Shown one piece after another: positions 62,365 to 64,000 of a DNA stretch of 64,000 nt. Source of the DNA: Deltaproteobacteria bacterium (lineage in GTDB: Bacteria; Myxococcota_A; Polyangia; Fen-1088); the NCBI GenBank assembly GCA_016935975.1, contig JAFGPX010000003.1, positions 15,455-79,454 of the forward strand, in the 5' to 3' direction. Made by a program: the position numbers and the translations under genes. The notes below the pieces were generated by a model that saw nothing but the letters and a program-made list of their open reading frames with translations, was not told where the DNA came from and ran no database searches. Position 1 is the stretch's first letter. Each line of letters begins with the position of its first letter.

Positions 62365-64000
62365 TCAGCGCGAGCAATCGAGGCCGAGGTTGCGTTTGCG
62401 CAGATCGTCCATGACCGGAGCGAAGTAGGCGAGCATGGCCTGCGGCCCGATGCCCTCGCCGGTGGCCTCGCGCATGACCTCGCGCCAGTCGCGCGTGGCG
62501 CCGAGCGCGAGGATCTTCTGCAGGAACTGGCCCACCTCCTGGTTGCCCGAGTAGTCGCAGGAGCGCACATCCTGTTTCAGGATCTTGGCGCAGATGTGGT
62601 CGTGGAGTTGGAACTTGATGAGGGTGGCCAGGGCGTAGTCGTAGTACTGCGCGGGATCGTCGTTGATGTGGGTCTTGGTGCAGGCATCGCAAAGGTCGTC
62701 GGCGCGGGCGCGCGGCGCCTGCACGCCCTGGTAGCGGCCGACGTACTGCCACCAGCGCGCTTGCCACTCGGTGGGGGGCAGATTGGCTTCGTAGAGATCG
62801 TGCTCGAAGTGGGTCATGGTGCCGGCCGCGAAGGGCAGGAAGACCACCGAGTCGAGGGCGGATTGCAGGAGCGCACTCGTGGCATCGGGCTCCTGGCCTT
62901 GCCGGATGATGCCGAGCTTGCGCAGATACGGGATCTGTTCGCTCGCCAGGCGGGCGAGCTCGCCGACCGCCTCGTGGAAGGCGCGGTTCGCCCCCCGGCG
63001 CAGGAGGTAGGGAACCTCGGGGCGGGCGTAGGCCAGGTCGTAGTAGATGTGGCCGAGCTCGTGGTGGGCCGTGCCGAACCATTTCTGGTCCGGCTCGACG
63101 CTCATGAGCGAGCGTACGTCGTCCTCGCCGTCGATGTGCCAGGCCGAGGCGTGGCTGTTCTTCTTGCGCGGGGAGCTCTTGTCCACCGGGTAGAGATCGG
63201 ACTTTTGCCAGAAGCTTTCGGGCAGGCGGGACAGACCGAGCGAGACGTAGAAATCCTCGGCCGTGCGTACGACGAATTCGCGGCTCTTGTTCTTGAAGAA
63301 GGGATCGAGGCTGGCGCTTGCGACGATCCCGGGCCAGGACTGCGCCCAGCGGTTTCCGATCCAGTGCGCGGGGATGAGACGCGGCACCGGCTGCTTGTAG
63401 CGTTCGGCCAGGGTGTGCTTGGCGAAGCAGTGGAGTTGGTCGTAGAGCGAACGGCTGGCCGCGAGCGTCTCGTCCATCAAGGTCATCATCTCGGCGACGC
63501 TCATGCCGTAGTCCGCGACCTCGAGGGCGAAGAAGGAAGAGAAGCCCATCTCGCGTGCGACCTGGTTGCGCAGGCCCTGCAGCAGGGCGAGCCCAGGCTT
63601 GAGCTTGCCGCCGATCTCCTTGCTGGCCGTCCAGGCCTGCTCGCGGTCTTTGAGCACGCGCGACTTGCGGAGGACGAGGTCGAGGTCGTTGGCCGATACC
63701 GGACGCCGGCACCTTCCGCCAGGGCTGGATTGCAGGCAGAACGTGTAGCCGTCGAGCACGGCCGACTGTCGGGATTCGGCGTCGATGCGCTTGGCGACCA
63801 CTTCGGGAATCGTGGCCGGGCTGTCCGCGGCCGCCAGCAGGAGCTTGTCGAGCTGCCGGGCGGTCAGCTCATCGAGGTCGGCCCTCCGTTCGAGCAGGGC
63901 ACGCGTCTTGTCGATGACCAGCCGCGAACCGGATACGGCGGCCAGGGCCTTGTCGGCGGCGGCGCGTGCCGCCGTGTGCTCGGGGGTCACGTCGGTGGCA
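62365..64000 (-). CDS. M2-family zinc metallopeptidase (peptidyl-dipeptidase A / ACE-like), N-terminus outside the window
   Basis: HHELGHIYY (HEXXH) plus downstream HEAVGE is the M2 zinc-binding arrangement. The frame is open to the window edge. Confidence 0.8.
   Translation of the reverse strand, partial: ATDVTPEHTAARAAADKALAAVSGSRLVIDKTRALLERRADLDELTARQLDKLLLAAADSPATIPEVVAKRIDAESRQSAVLDGYTFCLQSSPGGRCRRPVSANDLDLVLRKSRVLKDREQAWTASKEIGGKLKPGLALLQGLRNQVAREMGFSSFFALEVADYGMSVAEMMTLMDETLAASRSLYDQLHCFAKHTLAERYKQPVPRLIPAHWIGNRWAQSWPGIVASASLDPFFKNKSREFVVRTAEDFYVSLGLSRLPESFWQKSDLYPVDKSSPRKKNSHASAWHIDGEDDVRSLMSVEPDQKWFGTAHHELGHIYYDLAYARPEVPYLLRRGANRAFHEAVGELARLASEQIPYLRKLGIIRQGQEPDATSALLQSALDSVVFLPFAAGTMTHFEHDLYEANLPPTEWQARWWQYVGRYQGVQAPRARADDLCDACTKTHINDDPAQYYDYALATLIKFQLHDHICAKILKQDVRSCDYSGNQEVGQFLQKILALGATRDWREVMREATGEGIGPQAMLAYFAPVMDDLRKRNLGLDCSR

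Noticed and set aside
60896-63712. ORF 60896..63712(-) of 938 aa
   Set aside because: Spans two real genes on different strands. Composition is R/A/G/P-rich.

Overview
This is a very high-GC (about 70%) bacterial chromosomal segment, densely coded on both strands. Its content (Myxococcus-type cysteine-rich repeat proteins, many lipoproteins, a Che-like cluster, a PilB-like ATPase next to a Ser/Thr kinase, an ECF sigma/anti-sigma pair) points to a myxobacterium (Myxococcota). I found about 45 protein genes and no rRNA, CRISPR array or transposase; an unsystematic, by-eye tRNA check of only the larger intergenic gaps found none.

- **Osmoadaptation/trehalose cluster (818-14543):** a GT-A glycosyltransferase resembling mannosyl/glucosylglycerate synthase, a TreS-maltokinase fusion, a membrane-anchored OtsA and OtsB.
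- **Secreted and membrane enzymes:** a GH78 rhamnosidase with discoidin and ChW repeats, a CE2 esterase, M23, U32 and M2 peptidases, CPBP and rhomboid intramembrane proteases.
- **Housekeeping genes:** cysK, uvrC, aroE-aroK, pyrE.

The most unusual content is accessory:
- Two tandem paralogous secreted proteins of about 1080-1090 aa made of Myxococcus-type Cys-rich repeats plus a PA14/fibro-slime-like module, followed by a beta-helix lipoprotein (27108-35652).
- A lipoprotein combining Gly-rich collagen-like repeats, a Kazal inhibitor domain and a phage-tail-fibre-type S74 intramolecular-chaperone domain (38774-40279).
- A cNMP-domain GspE/PilB-like ATPase, Ser/Thr kinase and PilX-like trio (42893-48511).
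- A CheB/CheR-less Che-like module with a receiver-PP2C output (52083-59111).
- A low-GC island followed by two tandem paralogous lipoproteins built from a previously uncharacterised-looking CxACGGxxQPCC cysteine repeat (59150-62350).

Many long ORFs in the six-frame track are high-GC shadow ORFs and were not annotated.
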